From assembly GCF_001194135.2 (NCBI RefSeq), contig NC_068989.1:15760008-15823841 (forward strand): a stretch of DNA of 63,834 bases, given 5' to 3'. Position 1 is the first letter of the stretch; each line of letters opens with the position of its first letter. The stretch comes from Octopus bimaculoides (taxonomy: Eukaryota). The notes under the pieces are model-generated. The model was not told the origin of the DNA and ran no database searches. It worked only from the letters and a program-made list of their open reading frames with translations. Below are positions 23,187-37,644 of the stretch, piece after piece. Position numbers and translations under genes: made by a program.

Positions 23187-24731
23187 ACACACACACACAC
23201 ATTTATATATATACATATGTGTGTTTTTTTTTTAAGTGACACTTGAAATTATAATCAAACTACATATACTGAAATAAATAGATATACAATATGCTATATT
23301 TATGCTATATTTTCTGATATATTATGCAGATGCAAATAGAAGTCGTTGGTCTCTGAAGTCGTTATCAGTGGTTTGCTCCAGCACGCCAATGATTATTTAT
23401 CCAGGCGTAACTGTGTGGTTAAAAAGTCCGCTCCGCAACCAAGTAAGATGTGCACCTGTGCGTGTGTGTATGTGTGTGTGTGTGTGTGTGAGTCTGGTTT
23501 CAGGAATTTCACGTTATGCAAACAGTTCCTTTTCTTCAACTGCTGATACCCTTTGCTTATTTTAAAAGAAGCAAGGGTACACCAGCATGACTGCAGTCCA
23601 ATGAGTGGAGCTGAGAAAAAAAAAAAAGAATACAAGCTCATTTCCTTTCCATGATTTTAAATGCCACTTTTTATTGTTGATGTCCACATATATGTATTCT
23701 AAGTATTCTGACTGTTTCCATACATTCCTACTTTCCATGCTGCAGTAACAGCTACATATATATCTATTCAAATATAAACAGCAACACACTACAACCATTC
23801 TCTTAGTACACTGCTAAAAGGATGCTTAAAGGGACAATAGACTTCTATGCGCATGTGATTGCTACGAGCACAATGTATCCAGAGCTGAAATGTGTGTGCT
23901 TGTATTATTTTATATTATATTATATTATATCATATTATGTATGTATGTATGCGTGTATGTATATATGTATGTATTGGAATATGCGAACTAATTTTATTTT
24001 CAAGCGTCTCTCCATATTAGCTGCATTTATATGTCATTGCATATATTACCGCGCTAAATCTGCAAGCTAGAAATAAAGAATGGAAACAAAAGCAAAACTC
24101 GGCCATTGCATATATTTCTAAGAGCGCAAAAGCAATATACAGAATAAATACAGAATATAAATAATAAGCTGATTCAAGAACGTCTTCTCTAACTGCACAT
24201 AAGATAATAATTCTACATAAATTCTGTGTTATTCCAACACCGATATAAATATTCGTCTTCATCATATGCGCCTAACGTCAATCATCGTATGTACAACAGC
24301 AGGCATTGCAAATTCATATTGTTTTCCAAATATCTCGGACACTGTAGAAACATGTATATTATAAATATGTAAGACATTTATTGTTTCTCATTTCGTTTAA
24401 GCAGAAGATAATACAAATGCATCAGGCTTTTGGAAATATGTTTATGGCTACAGAGGGCAGCACACATATCGGTTTATTCACTGCAGCATCGGGGTTGCAT
24501 AACATTTGTATGCACTCCAAGTATTCATACATATACAAGCAAGCATGTACACACATGAACAAATTGTTGTGAGATATTGTAAAATTCAGAGCCTCACAGT
24601 GACTAGTAGTTTTATCCCCGATTGTAATACATATAAATCAATAAATATCTAACTCTGTACATCATTATTTAGTCTGACATATCCTGTCCATGTTACCCAA
24701 AACAGAAATGTTCAACTCAATTCAAATATGC

Positions 24732-24762
<31 letters not shown>

Positions 24763-24818
24763 TGTATGTATGTATTATGTATGTATGTATGTATGTATGT
24801 ATGTATGTATGCATGTAC

Positions 24819-24884
<66 letters not shown>

Positions 24885-25219
24885 TAGTTCAAATTTAGCG
24901 ATCTGTATACATAATTACAGTCGAAATCCTTCTTAACTGTGGTGTTCATCTCGAGAAAGCATCGCTTATGGACATAAAGTGTTAAACACACTGAAAAATA
25001 ATGGAAGTACTAGATTTTTATTTCTGCTTATTAGCTTTATCAGTAGCAAATATCCACGTTGCCACATGCCAAGCAAACGTTGACTGCTAGCTGATATAGT
25101 TAAACAGTGACTGAAAGGTCACTGAAATCGCATTTGATCGGTAGTTTGGAAAAGATTCCTTAGTGGTGATGGAAACAGTGTTGTTCAAAATTTGTGATCT
25201 GTAGTCATACTTAAATTAT

Positions 25220-25620
25220 ATATATTGTTGAAAGCCTTCGAAACTGGGGTATTTCTCCCGAGAAAGAATCTTGTGGTTTGATTTGTGATATCTCGGTTGC
25301 GCGTAGCTTCTGCATGGTTGAGAAAGGACAGGAAGGAATGAAATATCATACCATCTATGTAAGACTAAACGTTTGTGGATGTGATTACAGGTTGGTTAAT
25401 GAAGAGTGTGAGTGACGCAACATGACTCAGAGTGAAACGGAGTAAATTTTAATGACACTTGCACAGTGGTACTATATGACAGGAAGCTAGTGATCCAGGA
25501 AACGAGGAATCGTTGGAGCCCATGGGTAGGAGGTTTGTATGCCTGAGACTTTCAAAATCTTTGCCGATGTATGAGGTGGTACTCTTTGAGCTTAGGATAT
25601 GATTGAGCTTAGGATGTGAT
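25220..25620 (-). mobile_element. Highly decayed LINE RT fragment (Jockey/CR1 group)
   Basis: Frameshifted IGKDFESLRHTNLL...WITSFLS...TLFIN...SYIDG corresponds to the KAFD/WI-SFL/LF-FINDL/YADD motifs. Confidence 0.45.
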
Positions 25621-25732
25621 TGTAGATGAACGTCATTGTTAAAGGTAATTTACAATATCTTAGAGATTTTAGAGATGAGTGTTAAAGGAAAATTCGAAAG
25701 TGCTTACATATATATGGGTGTGTGTGTGTATA

Positions 25733-25781
<49 letters not shown>

Positions 25782-26549
25782 CGAGAGAAAGAGAGAAAGG
25801 GATAGATACATAGACATATGCATATACGTAATCTCATCAATAAGTGTCAGGACTGTTGCCATAGTAACGAAGCTAAAGCACGCTGAATGAAGTTGCTAGG
25901 CACAGATTGACCTTGAACTCTGTTGCGCGCGCATGTGCACAACAGAATCCCACTTCTGACAAGAATTTCTTTTTAAAGGCGGTGCTCCAGCATGACTGAA
26001 ACAAGCAAAAGAATATATCTACATGTAAACACGCGCGCGTGCACACACACACACACGCGCGCACGTACACACACACAGACATATACACACAAACACACAT
26101 ATACACATATACGTTACACATGTATGTGTGTGTGTGTATGTGTGTTTGTGTGTGTGTGCGTGTGTGTGTATGTATGTATGACCTGATAAGCTTAACAAAT
26201 ATACACTTTTACATTATTTGTTATTGCAAAATTTTTTTCATACTACTCGCAGGTGCAAAAATGTATGGTTTTCATTTATACACGAAAGTTTTTAAATTTA
26301 TATCTTTTAGCTTTTTTGCGGGTATATGCCTGTATGTATGTATGTATGTACGTATGTATGTATGTGTGTGTATGTATGTATGATCATATGTATGATATAT
26401 GTAAGTATGTATTATGATTATATATGTATTTGTATGAATGCATTTATGTATGTATGTTTGTACGTACACACGTACGTATGTATGTATCTATGTATTATGT
26501 ATGTATGTATGTATGTATGCATGGATGTGTGTGTGTGTATGTATGTAGG

Positions 26550-26930
26550 TCCTCGGTATAACTTTAAACAGCATGCTGTACCGATGTTCAGGTTCGGGAG
26601 TTCCATAGTTTTGAGATGTGTGGGACCACCTCTTAGCCACCATTGTTCCTCAGGTTTACTCCGACTCGAAGTTGTGACACCAGGTGTAGGTTGATTGGCA
26701 TGAACCTTCAGTTCTTGTTTGAAATTCCTTCTCGTAGATTAACCCGAAGTGCATTTGTTCTCTGGTCGTCTCAACCTACGTTATTCCACTGGTTTTCTAG
26801 CTCACTGCGCTAAAAGGTAGGTTCAGTGCTGTGCAGCACTTTATCCACTAAAAACAAATTCACGTAGAGGAACTTCTTGGAACAGTGATTTTAAGATATG
26901 TTCCTACTCTGTCACGATTCGACTTCCACC
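26550..26930 (-). mobile_element. SINE-like element with an RTE-type 3' tail
   Basis: Minus strand acttcgagtcggagtaaacctgaggaacaatggtggctaagaggtgg...gtttaaagttataccgagg resembles the RTE-associated tail pattern. Recognised from memory; not searched. Confidence 0.45.
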
Positions 26931-26961
26931 AGGTATATGTGTATGTATGTGTGCATGTATC

Positions 26962-27000
<39 letters not shown>

Positions 27001-27572
27001 GTGTGTACGTGTGCGTAAGTGAGTGTATGTATTATGTATGTGTGTTTATGTGCATATTTACGGGTATATTTGTGTTGTCTCATGTCTGCATGCATATGTA
27101 TTTATATATCTGCATATGTTGGTTTATGTATATGCATATATATGTATATATATATATATATATATATNNNNNNNNNNNNNNNNNNNNNNNNNNNNNNNNN
27201 NNNNNNNNNNNNNNNNNNNNNNNNNNNNNNNNNNNNNNNNNNNNNNNNNNNNNNNNNNNNNNNNNNNNNNNNNNNNNNNNNNNNNNNNNNNNNNNNNNNN
27301 NNNNNNNNNNNNNNNNNNNNNNNNNNNNNNNNNNNNNNNNNNNNNNNNNNNNNNNNNNNNNNNNNNNNNNNNNNNNNNNNNNNNNNNNNNNNNNNNNNNN
27401 NNNNNNNNNNNNNNNNNNNNNNNNNNNNNNNNNNNNNNNNNNNNNNNNNNNNNNNNNNNNNNNNNNNNNNNNNNNNNNNNNNNNNNNNNNNNNNNNNNNN
27501 NNNNNNNNNNNNNNNNNNNNNNNNNNNNNNNNNNNNNNNNNNNNNNNNNNNNNNNNNNNNNNNNNNNNNNNN

Positions 27573-27618
<46 letters not shown>

Positions 27619-28264
27619 ATATATATATATACAGCCACATACGTATATATATATATTGCTGCGTTGTGCTTGTTATTTATGTGCTCATGTGCTTTTTTAT
27701 TATTTCATTATTTATGTCTATACATATTCATATAAACGATGTGCATATTCATATTTGTGTGTGTGTGTGTGTGTGTGTGTGTACATTTGTGCGTTTGCTT
27801 GATTTTATAAAAAATGTCAGTATGTCTATAGACATATATGCATACATATATGCATACATATATGCATACATATATGCATACGTATATATCTGATTTGCCA
27901 AGTAAGATTTGTTTTGTTTACAGAATATAATCACAAACGTGTATATGTACGCTGTTTTTTTTCTTTTAAGTTTTGTGTGTTTACATGGATATATGTTTGA
28001 GTGCGTGTGTGTATGTTTATGCTAATGCATGTATGTGTCTAGATTTAAACTTGTAGATATATATATATATATATATATGTAAAAATATATGCGTATGTGT
28101 GTATCTATTTATGCTTTTGTTTTGCCTATCACTAGATATTTCTTATATTCGATACGCTAACAACAAAATATGCTATTGCTATAAAATTGGATACGTGACA
28201 ATTCATATAATGAATCTTTCCTGCCTTTCAGCTGTGCTGTTATATATACATACATGCATGCATA

Positions 28265-28298
<34 letters not shown>

Positions 28299-28361
28299 NN
28301 NNNNNNNNNNNNNNNNNNNNNNNNNNNNNNNNNNNNNNNNNNNNNNNNNNNNNNNNNTATA

Positions 28362-28413
<52 letters not shown>

Positions 28414-28679
28414 CATATACACATATAATGCATAAATATGGACATGTGTGTGTGCGTGCGTGTGTGTGTGCGCACGTGTATACACTTGCTTATATTATTG
28501 ATTCAGAAACATATTTTAAGCTTCTGGGATAGAAGCTGTAAATGCCTATTCCAGATGTGAATTATCTCGAAAATTGATTTGGATCTTCATCAGGTTGAAC
28601 AATTTATCCAGGTTCGACTACAATATTTTAAATTTTAATGTAAACAAATGTTATCACATAAATCAAACCCAACTGTTCA

Positions 28680-29026
28680 GGCTGTATGTTCATGCAGGAA
28701 CTCTATGGCAGGTCACTGAAAGAATGATATAAGAATGAAGCTGGTATTCAGGAAACAGAAATCAAAACTATGGATGCGTATCAGAACACCAAACTGAAAA
28801 GGTACATCGGACTGACTGAAAGTCCCTTCAAGCAAAAGTTTAACATCCACACCGCTTCGTTTAGAAACATCGAAATACGGCTTACCAAAAATCTGCCATC
28901 TACATCTGGCAGTTAAAAGAGAAAGGCACAGCATTTGAAGTCAGTCGGAATTTTGCTGAAAAATCGAAATCTCAAATAAATGATACCACTTGCTACGGGC
29001 TCTGCATTGTAGAAAAAATCCTAAAT
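28680..29026 (+). mobile_element. PLE GIY-YIG endonuclease remnant (GLYRDD-type)
   Basis: CSCRNSMAGH*...KRYIGLTESPFKQKFNIHTASFR...IYIWQLKEKG...CYGLCIVEKIL across three frames. Confidence 0.85.
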
Positions 29027-29109
29027 GTATGCATGTATGTATGTATATATTTTCTTACGTGTAGATGTATGCATAATGATATGCATAACATATAAGCATA
29101 ATAATAATG

Positions 29110-29830
29110 CGCTCATAATAATACTGTCTATAATTGCCATAAGAAGGGCGGCAAAAGTAATTAAGACAATACAAAGACAAAGCACAGTGGGAACGTATAC
29201 TTACAGGTGTAAAATGTAAAATAAAACACAGAACAAAAAACTGATAAGAATAAAATTCTGCAATAGGAAGGAGTACCATAAGTGGGTAACCAAGAAACTC
29301 CATTACTCCAAGTCCCCCCTCTCCGCGATTGTCAAGAGCACAACAGGGAAGCATGACTCCTCCATCTATTCATTCTATTCTTCGGACGAAAGCTCAAAGT
29401 ACGCCTAAACAGGCCATCCTCTCCACATTCACCCACCTCTCATGAGACTTACTGGAGGAAGCAGCTTCCTCTCTACTCACACCTTTCTTTTTAAATGGAA
29501 CTAAAAAGTCCAGAGAAGCTTGGCTTAAGAGGAAAAGCTCTGTCTTCAGTCCATTCTGTCTTGTTCACCATATAATCTCTTCCGCAAAAGGTTCCATCCA
29601 GAAGAAAACTGCCTGTCCTTCCCGGCAAACTTTGTGATGCAGACAGCCGATTGCTGGATCCGTCCAAAATGTGATAGCATCTGTCTTACACAACTTCACA
29701 AGTTTGCAATAATCTAGCGTTATACAGATTCGTGCAGGACAGCTTCGTCGCTCCACCAGCATCTTGGACAGGCCCGGCTGACAGCACTACCATGCCTACA
29801 TAATTTAACCCAAACCAAAAATGCACCCCC
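29110..29830 (-). mobile_element. Tx1/L1-like LINE 3' fragment (zinc knuckle, C-terminus and 3' UTR)
   Basis: CPRCWWSDEAVLH...GQAVFF...EEIIW*TRQNGLKT...ERWVNVERMA. The same C-terminal motif occurs at 62100-62160. Confidence 0.7.
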
Positions 29831-30266
29831 TGTTGTACTACCACATACAGTTACGTAACTCATTTTTAAAGCTGCTATATTAATAAAAAAAGGAAAAAGA
29901 AATAAGACAATAAGTTGTGGAGATCCTTGGAGTAAGTCATGAATTAGGCTCTTTGAGTCTGGTGAAGTTATGGATTAGGCTTTCGAGGCTGTGGTTCCCA
30001 ACGTCATATAAAAAATTCTCCTTTCCTCATATCTATTGGCAACTTTATTAATTTCAGGTCCCCTGGTACTTTCGCTGTGCTTCTGTTGAAAGCCTCCTAC
30101 TCTGACCAGAGGAGAGGCGTTGCTAAGGGAATACGAAATCAGGCTGTGGTGCTTCTTCGCCTCACGCGTGTTTACAGACATACACACGCACATATATGTA
30201 TATATGTGTGTGAAGCGTAGTTTATACACTCACACACACAAACACACATACACACACACACACACA

Positions 30267-30309
<43 letters not shown>

Positions 30310-32114
30310 GCGATTACGTTTATATGAATATGTGTGCGTGTAATACATATACGAAGTGTGCATATGCATGTAGTTTTCAGCACATATATGTGTGTGTATA
30401 TGTATACATACATACATACATACATGCATACATACATGCATACATACACACACACACACATAAACATACACACATGCACACACATATATGTGCATATATA
30501 CGTCCACAGTAAGCCCTAACAACAACACCACATCATGCAATATTCTCCATTCTCTTTGATTTTTCATCCATTTTCATGTTTTCATATCTGCATATCTGTG
30601 ATTTCTTCTTCTATCTCTCCTCGCTTCAATCAGTTCTCTGTCTCGTTATGGTTTTTTTATCATGTCTTTTTTTGTCACGTTCTTTTTTCATATTTCCCCT
30701 TCACACTCATACAATTACCACCAATATATACTAACTTATCAAAGTTTCATACACGCCACACAATCACAGAACACCTACCACACCTAGCTGGTAGCTTTCC
30801 ACGTTCAGTAGTCTCCGCCATGCAAAAATTAAACGCCTCTATGATTTATCATTCATATATATATATATATATANNNNNNNNNNNNNNNNNNNNNNNNNNN
30901 NNNNNNNNNNNNNNNNNNNNNNNNNNNNNNNNNNNNNNNNNNNNNNNNNNNNNNNNNNNNNNNNNNNNNNNNNNNNNNNNNNNNNNNNNNNNNNNNNNNN
31001 NNNNNNNNNNNNNNNNNNNNNNNNNNNNNNNNNNNNNNNNNNNNNNNNNNNNNNNNNNNNNNNNNNNNNNNNNNNNNNNNNNNNNNNNNNNNNNNNNNNN
31101 NNNNNNNNNNNNNNNNNNNNNNNNNNNNNNNNNNNNNNNNNNNNNNNNNNNNNNNNNNNNNNNNNNNNNNNNNNNNNNNNNNNNNNNNNNNNNNNNNNNN
31201 NNNNNNNNNNNNNNNNNNNNNNNNNNNNNNNNNNNNNNNNNNNNNNNNNNNNNNNNNNNNNNNNNNNNNNNNNNNNNNNNNNNNNNNNNNNNNNNNNNNN
31301 NNNNNNNNNNNNNNNNNNNNNNNNNNNNNNNNNNNNNNNNNNNNNNNNNNNNNNNNNNNNNNNNNNNNNNNNNNNNNNNNNNNNNNNNNNNNNNNNNNNN
31401 NNNNNNNNNNNNNNNNNNNNNNNNNNNNNNNNNNNNNNNNNNNNNNNNNNNNNNNNNNNNNNNNNNNNNNNNNNNNNNNNNNNNNNNNNNNNNNNNNNNN
31501 NNNNNNNNNNNNNNNNNNNNNNNNNNNNNNNNNNNNNNNNNNNNNNNNNNNNNNNNNNNNNNNNNNNNNNNNNNNNNNNNNNNNNNNNNNNNNNNNNNNN
31601 NNNNNNNNNNNNNNNNNNNNNNNNNNNNNNNNNNNNNNNNNNNNNNNNNNNNNNNNNNNNNNNNNNNNNNNNNNNNNNNNNNNNNNNNNNNNNNNNNNNN
31701 NNNNNNNNNNNNNNNNNNNNNNNNNNNNNNNNNNNNNNNNNNNNNNNNNNNNNNNNNNNNNNNNNNNNNNNNNNNNNNNNNNNNNNNNNNNNNNNNNNNN
31801 NNNNNAACAAATAGTAAATGAGTATATGCATATATACGTACAGGTATGTGCATACCGACATCCACCTGTATGTATAGGTGCATATCTGGGTACAGGACAT
31901 TGCAAACAAACGTAGACGAGAACACACGAGCCACATAGAGAACATTCTACTTCATCAGCTACCCACGTAGACCACTAGGTGGACTGTTAATGTGCTAAAA
32001 TAAGATCACATGTAACGTGTCTACTAAGAACGAATTGTTCTCAAAGGAAATTTAGCGAAGTAACAAAAACGTATACGGGCAAGACAAGTGAAAATTACAT
32101 ACATATATACAGTT

Positions 32115-32180
32115 ATCTGTAAACTAGTTTCGAAATTAACATTTTCTTACCGAAAATATCTGTTTCTCATCAGTACAGAC
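32115..32180 (-). ncRNA. Type I hammerhead ribozyme, GUU site (cut between 32122 and 32121)
   Basis: Minus strand GTCTGTA-CTGATGA-GAAA..ATATTTTC/GAAAATGT..TTTC-GAA-ACTAGT-T-TACAGAT: 7-bp helix I including one G-U pair, and palindromic ACTAGT helix III. Confidence 0.8.
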
Positions 32181-32303
32181 CGCTAAATAAATATAATTCT
32201 CAGAATCGTATACTAGTTGTTTCCGTATTCTTTTAATGTCCTTGTTCCCTGGTATTAAATTGATATTAATTAATATCCAATTGTTTACCCTACTGTTTTA
32301 ATT

Positions 32304-32357
<54 letters not shown>

Positions 32358-32358
<1 letters not shown>

Positions 32359-32711
32359 GCGCATGCGTAGCTGTGTGGTAAGAAGCTTGAGCCCAAACAC
32401 CTGGTTCTGTCTGGGTTCAGTCCCACTACGTGGCACCTTGGGCAAGTATCTTCTACTATAGTTTCGGTCCGACCAAAGCCTTATGCATGGATTTGGTTGG
32501 CGGAAACTGAAAGAAGCCTGTCGTGTATATATATCTATGTGTATATATTTATGTGAGGGTATCTTTGTGCTTGTGTTTGCCCCACACCATCGCTTGACAA
32601 ATGATGTTGTTGTGTTTATGTCCCCGAAACTTAATTGTTCGGCAAAAGAGACCGATAGACTAGGTACTAGGCTTACAAAGAATAAGTCCTGGGATTGATT
32701 TGTTCGACTAA
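32358..32711 (+). mobile_element. tRNA-derived SINE, family C (CORE-like central domain)
   Basis: A-box-like gctgtgtggtaagaag, B-box-like gggttcagtccc, core ggcaccttgggcaagtatcttctactatag, 3' domain ggcaaaagagaccgatag. Confidence 0.88.
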
Positions 32712-33206
32712 TATAGTGTAATATATATATATATATATATATATATANNNNNNNNNNNNNNNNNNNNNNNNNNNNNNNNNNNNNNNNNNNNNNNNNNNNN
32801 NNNNNNNNNNNNNNNNNNNNNNNNNNNNNNNNNNNNNNNNNNNNNNNNNNNNNNNNNNNNNNNNNNNNNNNNNNNNNNNNNNNNNNNNNNNNNNNNNNNN
32901 NNNNNNNNNNNNNNNNNNNNNNNNNNNNNNNNNNNNNNNNNNNNNNNNNNNNNNNNNNNNNNNNNNNNNNNNNNNNNNNNNNNNNNNNNNNNNNNNNNNN
33001 NNNNNNNNNNNNNNNNNNNNNNNNNNNNNNNNNNNNNNNNNNNNNNNNNNNNNNNNNNNNNNNNNNNNNNNNNNNNNNNNNNNNNNNNNNNNNNNNNNNN
33101 NNNNNNNNNNNNNNNNNNNNNNNNNNNNNNNNNNNNNNNNNNNNNNNNNNNNNNNNNNNNNNNNNNNNNNNNNNNNNNNNNNNNNNNNNNNNNNNNNNNN
33201 NNNNNN

Positions 33207-33247
<41 letters not shown>

Positions 33248-34334
33248 TATACTTAAACAAACTTAGCAATGCATAACAACGCAGCTTCGGATCATGCTCT
33301 CTTCATGTTAGCATTTGTAAACAATTCCTGCCTTTTTGTTTCATTTTTGTTGCCTTATTAATTTATTCTGTTTTGGTTATTCTTCTCTCGTTCTTAATTT
33401 TTCCACCTATTATTTTTTTTAATTTTCTCTTTCCAATATACCATAAAATTTCCTCCTACATATTCTAAAATCCCAAAAAGGCATCGCATACACTTATATC
33501 AAACAACTCCTTAATGCACAGCTCATAGCCTCATAGCCTCGTAGCCCCTCACCTCTGCAACTACATCAGCAATTTACAAACCTCCTTACTCTTTCATATT
33601 TTTCCCTTACAAATATAAATTTCTTTATTTATTTCTCTCTCCTTCTCTCTCTCTCTATCTGTCTCTCACAGCCATTTCCATCTACTCGAACTATGCACCA
33701 TTAACCATTCTCTGCTTTTGGTACTTCAACTTCCTAACCTTCCCTATTTTTCTCTCTTCCCTTCCTTATCATTTCCCAGTTTTATAGCTTTCTCTTCGAC
33801 TTGCAACAATCTAGATATTTTCTTTCTTTCATTTTCAAATATCTATTCTAAAGCTATGCGTTTCATACTTTTGCAATGATTTCTATGTTTTTATCGGTAT
33901 CTTTATGCGCTGCTTATTATATGTGTTTTACAAAGTATGGAATCATGTTCGTACAGCTTATATACATCTGTGCTTCCATGTACCTGCCTGTACCGGTATG
34001 TATTTGTAGCATGTGCGCATTTAGGTGCTAGTATAAGTATTTATGCAGCAGTTTGCATCATCGTAATATTGATATGATTCTTTAAAATTCTGTGCATCAT
34101 CGGATGCTGTAAGAATTAAAAAGCATGTCGTTAATTAATTTCCTAATGATTTTTAAGGGTTGTTTAAATGAAAGAAATGAAATTTTAGTGTGTTGAGTTG
34201 CATGTATTTATCTCTTTCCATCTCTCTCTATCTCTCTTTCTTTCTCTCTCTCTCTATCTATCTATCTATGTATCTATCTATCTATTTATCTACCTATTTG
34301 TGTATATACATATATATACCCATATATATAGATA

Positions 34335-34371
<37 letters not shown>

Positions 34372-34780
34372 NNNNNNNNNNNNNNNNNNNNNNNNNNNNN
34401 NNNNNNNNNNNNNNNNNNNNNNNNNNNNNNNNNNNNNNNNNNNNNNNNNNNNNNNNNNNNNNNNNNNNNNNNNNNNNNNNNNNNNNNNNNNNNNNNNNNN
34501 NNNNNNNNNNNNNNNNNNNNNNNNNNNNNNNNNNNNNNNNNNNNNNNNNNNNNNNNNNNNNNNNNNNNNNNNNNNNNNNNNNNNNNNNNNNNNNNNNNNN
34601 NNNNNNNNNNNNNNNNNNNNNNNNNNNNNNNNNNNNNNNNNNNNNNNNNNNNNNNNNNNNNNNNNNNNNNNNNNNNNNNNNNNNNNNNNNNNNNNNNNNN
34701 NNNNNNNNNNNNNNNNNNNNNNNNNNNNNNNNNNNNNNNNNNNNNNNNNNNNNNNNNNNNNNNNNNNNNNNTATATATAG

Positions 34781-35002
34781 GTGTGTGTGTATTTTTGCGT
34801 CTGTGTTTATCCTCTTACCATCACTTGACAACTGGTGTTCGTGTGTTTAGGTCCCCATAATTTAACGGTTCGTCAAAAGAGACCGTCAGTATAAGTACTA
34901 GGCTTACAAAGAACAAGTCCTGGAGTCGATTTGTACGACTAAAGGCGGTGCTCTACCATGGCCCCAGTCAAATGACTGAAACATGTAAAAGAATAAAAGA
35001 AA
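34781..35002 (+). mobile_element. SINE family C 3' half
   Basis: Matches 32560-32711 and ends ggcggtgctctaccatggccccagtcaaatgactgaaacatgtaaaagaataaaag. Confidence 0.88.
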
Positions 35003-35004
35003 AG

Positions 35005-36918
35005 CTTGCAGAAAACTACTTAGGTTAAGAGATCAGATTTTTTAGAGGAGATAAAGATGATGAAACTCTAATTTAACACAAAAGTGAATTCTACTTCAAA
35101 TGCGAAAGAAATACAGCTCTTGATGAATTCTACGAACATATTTCAAACTTTTTTATAGAGAAAAGTAAAACTTACCAAGTGAATTCTATTTTAATAGACA
35201 ACAGTGATCCACCTCACACATTTAGAAATTTAGGAAATTGTAATCATCAAGAAAGCTGACAAAGAATGTCCTGTTGTTATCTGTGGAAACTATGAAACTA
35301 CCCAGTTTTTTTACTGCACCCATACCAAAATTCCTTAACCGATATAGGACTGTATTACCATCCAAAATTGAAATATAGAACAATTAACTTCTATGGGTTA
35401 TCTAAAATGATTTTAAACTAATTGATTAATGGAACATGTGAAAGAGAAAGACGAATTGTGCGAACATACCCTCACTGTCGCATTTAAAATTGAGATCCAT
35501 TATAGCAGGTCCGTCTTGTGAAACATCACTGAAGTAACTTCCTAGACATTTTGCGAAAGCCATTTCTCAACCATTTCAAGAGATCTTATACGAGAAGCTC
35601 TTGATATACTCAACTATCTTCTTAATTTAGGAAATGAAGATACCTAATGCAGTCACATCTGATATTGGAAACATTCCACACAATTATGCAATGGAAGCTA
35701 TTAAATACCGGCTCACTAATTTTCTTATGCAAAACCAGAACATATACATACAAAGTTTATAGTAGATAGTCTCCAGGACGTTTATGAAAAGAACTACTTT
35801 ATGTTCGCAAACACAGCATAAGACAAAAGTCAAGGACAGCCATGGGAGCTACAGTTACGCTAACATATGCCAACATATTCATAGGATGCCTTGAAATGAA
35901 AATCTATAACAAATCTTCAGAAATGTTTGGAGATTAATTCAGTTGCTATTTGAAAGAAAACTATAAGAGATTTCTAGGTGAGTATTTCATTGTATTGAAG
36001 AAAAATATTGACAAATTCCACCAATTTCAAAATCTCATCAACTACATAAACCTTCATATTCAATTCACGATGGCGTTTGATAGCGATAAAATCAGACATA
36101 TATTTTGAATTGAGATATATTTTAAGCCCACCTACTCATAACAATATTTCCTTATATTATGTCACTTGAAACACACTCGAAGTAACATTCCATTAAACAT
36201 AGCAAAACGATTTTACACGCTTGTCTCAAATTACAAAGCAAGAAACCAAAGACTAGAAGAAATAAAGAAAAAAAATAAAATCCTATAAGGCTTATTACTC
36301 TTGAATTCAGAAATAAAAACAAATTTATGTCCGAGAATATCAAAAGAAAAGAAAGACATTATACCATAGATTTCAACATTCAACCCAAAGAACGCTGAAA
36401 TTTTCACCAACATTTGTATAAATCTACCAATACTATTACAGAAAGAAAAATTGAAAAACGTCCAAGAAAAAATTCCAGTTATACAAAGTAAGAGATAAGT
36501 GAAATCACTAAAAATGATTTTGACTAATGCAAAACTACATATACTAAATACTGACCCTAAAGCCAGAAAATGCTGTCAACCAAACTTTGGAGTATGTAGC
36601 CATCTATTTGAAGGCCCCGAATTCCGTTTTAAAGATGATCCTTGCTGACAATTTGATATACATTATGACATGAAAGTTACCGTGAGCACTACATTCGAAG
36701 TAACGGTATGACAATCAAGAAAAGAATGACGGTACGTCACCAACAAATAGGGGAAACCATATTATAAGGAAAATTTGCCTCATATAGAAAATTATTGGGG
36801 ACAAATCTTACCAAACTACTCAGTCTTTCAATTGTATAAGTGTAATTACTCGACGAATAACAAAGGAAAATATATTTATATTTTATTAACAAATACAAAC
36901 CAAAACTTAATGCGTTAG
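35005..36918 (+). mobile_element. Penelope-like element, decayed RT plus GIY-YIG (GTAMG-type, tentatively Neptune-like)
   Basis: IIKKADK, LRSIIAGPSC, NIPHNY, GTAMG-like...TYANIFIG, KRFLGE (decayed DD), IQFTM, YFKPT, NIP..IAKR, Cys-rich KCCQPNFGVC, and C-terminal FINKYKPKLNA*. Confidence 0.9.
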
Positions 36919-37644
36919 CACACAACACTGACTATATTCCGGTAGTCTTAAAAGAAACTGAGTTGACTCTTTTGGGGTAAAATAAACTTCTTATCTTTTA
37001 AAACAGAAAATCAATTACTTTATGCTTTTACTGATATGTATATTAAACATACTTTCTATCCGTATATAGAAAAACATTGTTTCTGAAACTAATAGCCAAC
37101 TTAATAACCCTTTTCAAAAGAACACAAAATAATAACCTTTATCAAAAGAACATAAGTGACATAAAACACACAAAATAACAGTTGTTTTAAAATAATGAGT
37201 GACATTTCCATTTAAAACAATGTGTTTCTTCCGCTGCTTGAGGTAAAAATGTATATAAAAATTGCATAGAAAAACATACTTTAAACTTTGAGGGCTAACA
37301 ACAGTGTACACTTGTTATTTAAAATTTCTTTGGTTTAAGCAAACACTAATATTTATTCAGTACACGTTTCTATATGAAAACTTGTTAGAAAAATGTGACT
37401 TTTTTTTCTTGTGTGTAAAACTAACTTTATGAAAATAAGCACTTGTATGTTTAAATGTTATATGTGAAAATATAAATTTGTATCTATATATATCTATATA
37501 TCATAAAATGAGAGTACATTTAAACACACAAGAGGTGCCTTGATTGGACACCTAGCATACTAGAAGGACAAATCAAAATCCAAACCACAGTTAGGGGTAA
37601 TTTCGAAGGGAATGAAAAATATAAACATTTACCATATTTTGTTG

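Noticed and set aside
23330-23565. Possible small spliced exons (CAG/ATG acceptor, CAA/GTAAGA donor)
   Set aside because: The peptides are unrecognisable and the splice signals alone are not distinguishable from background.
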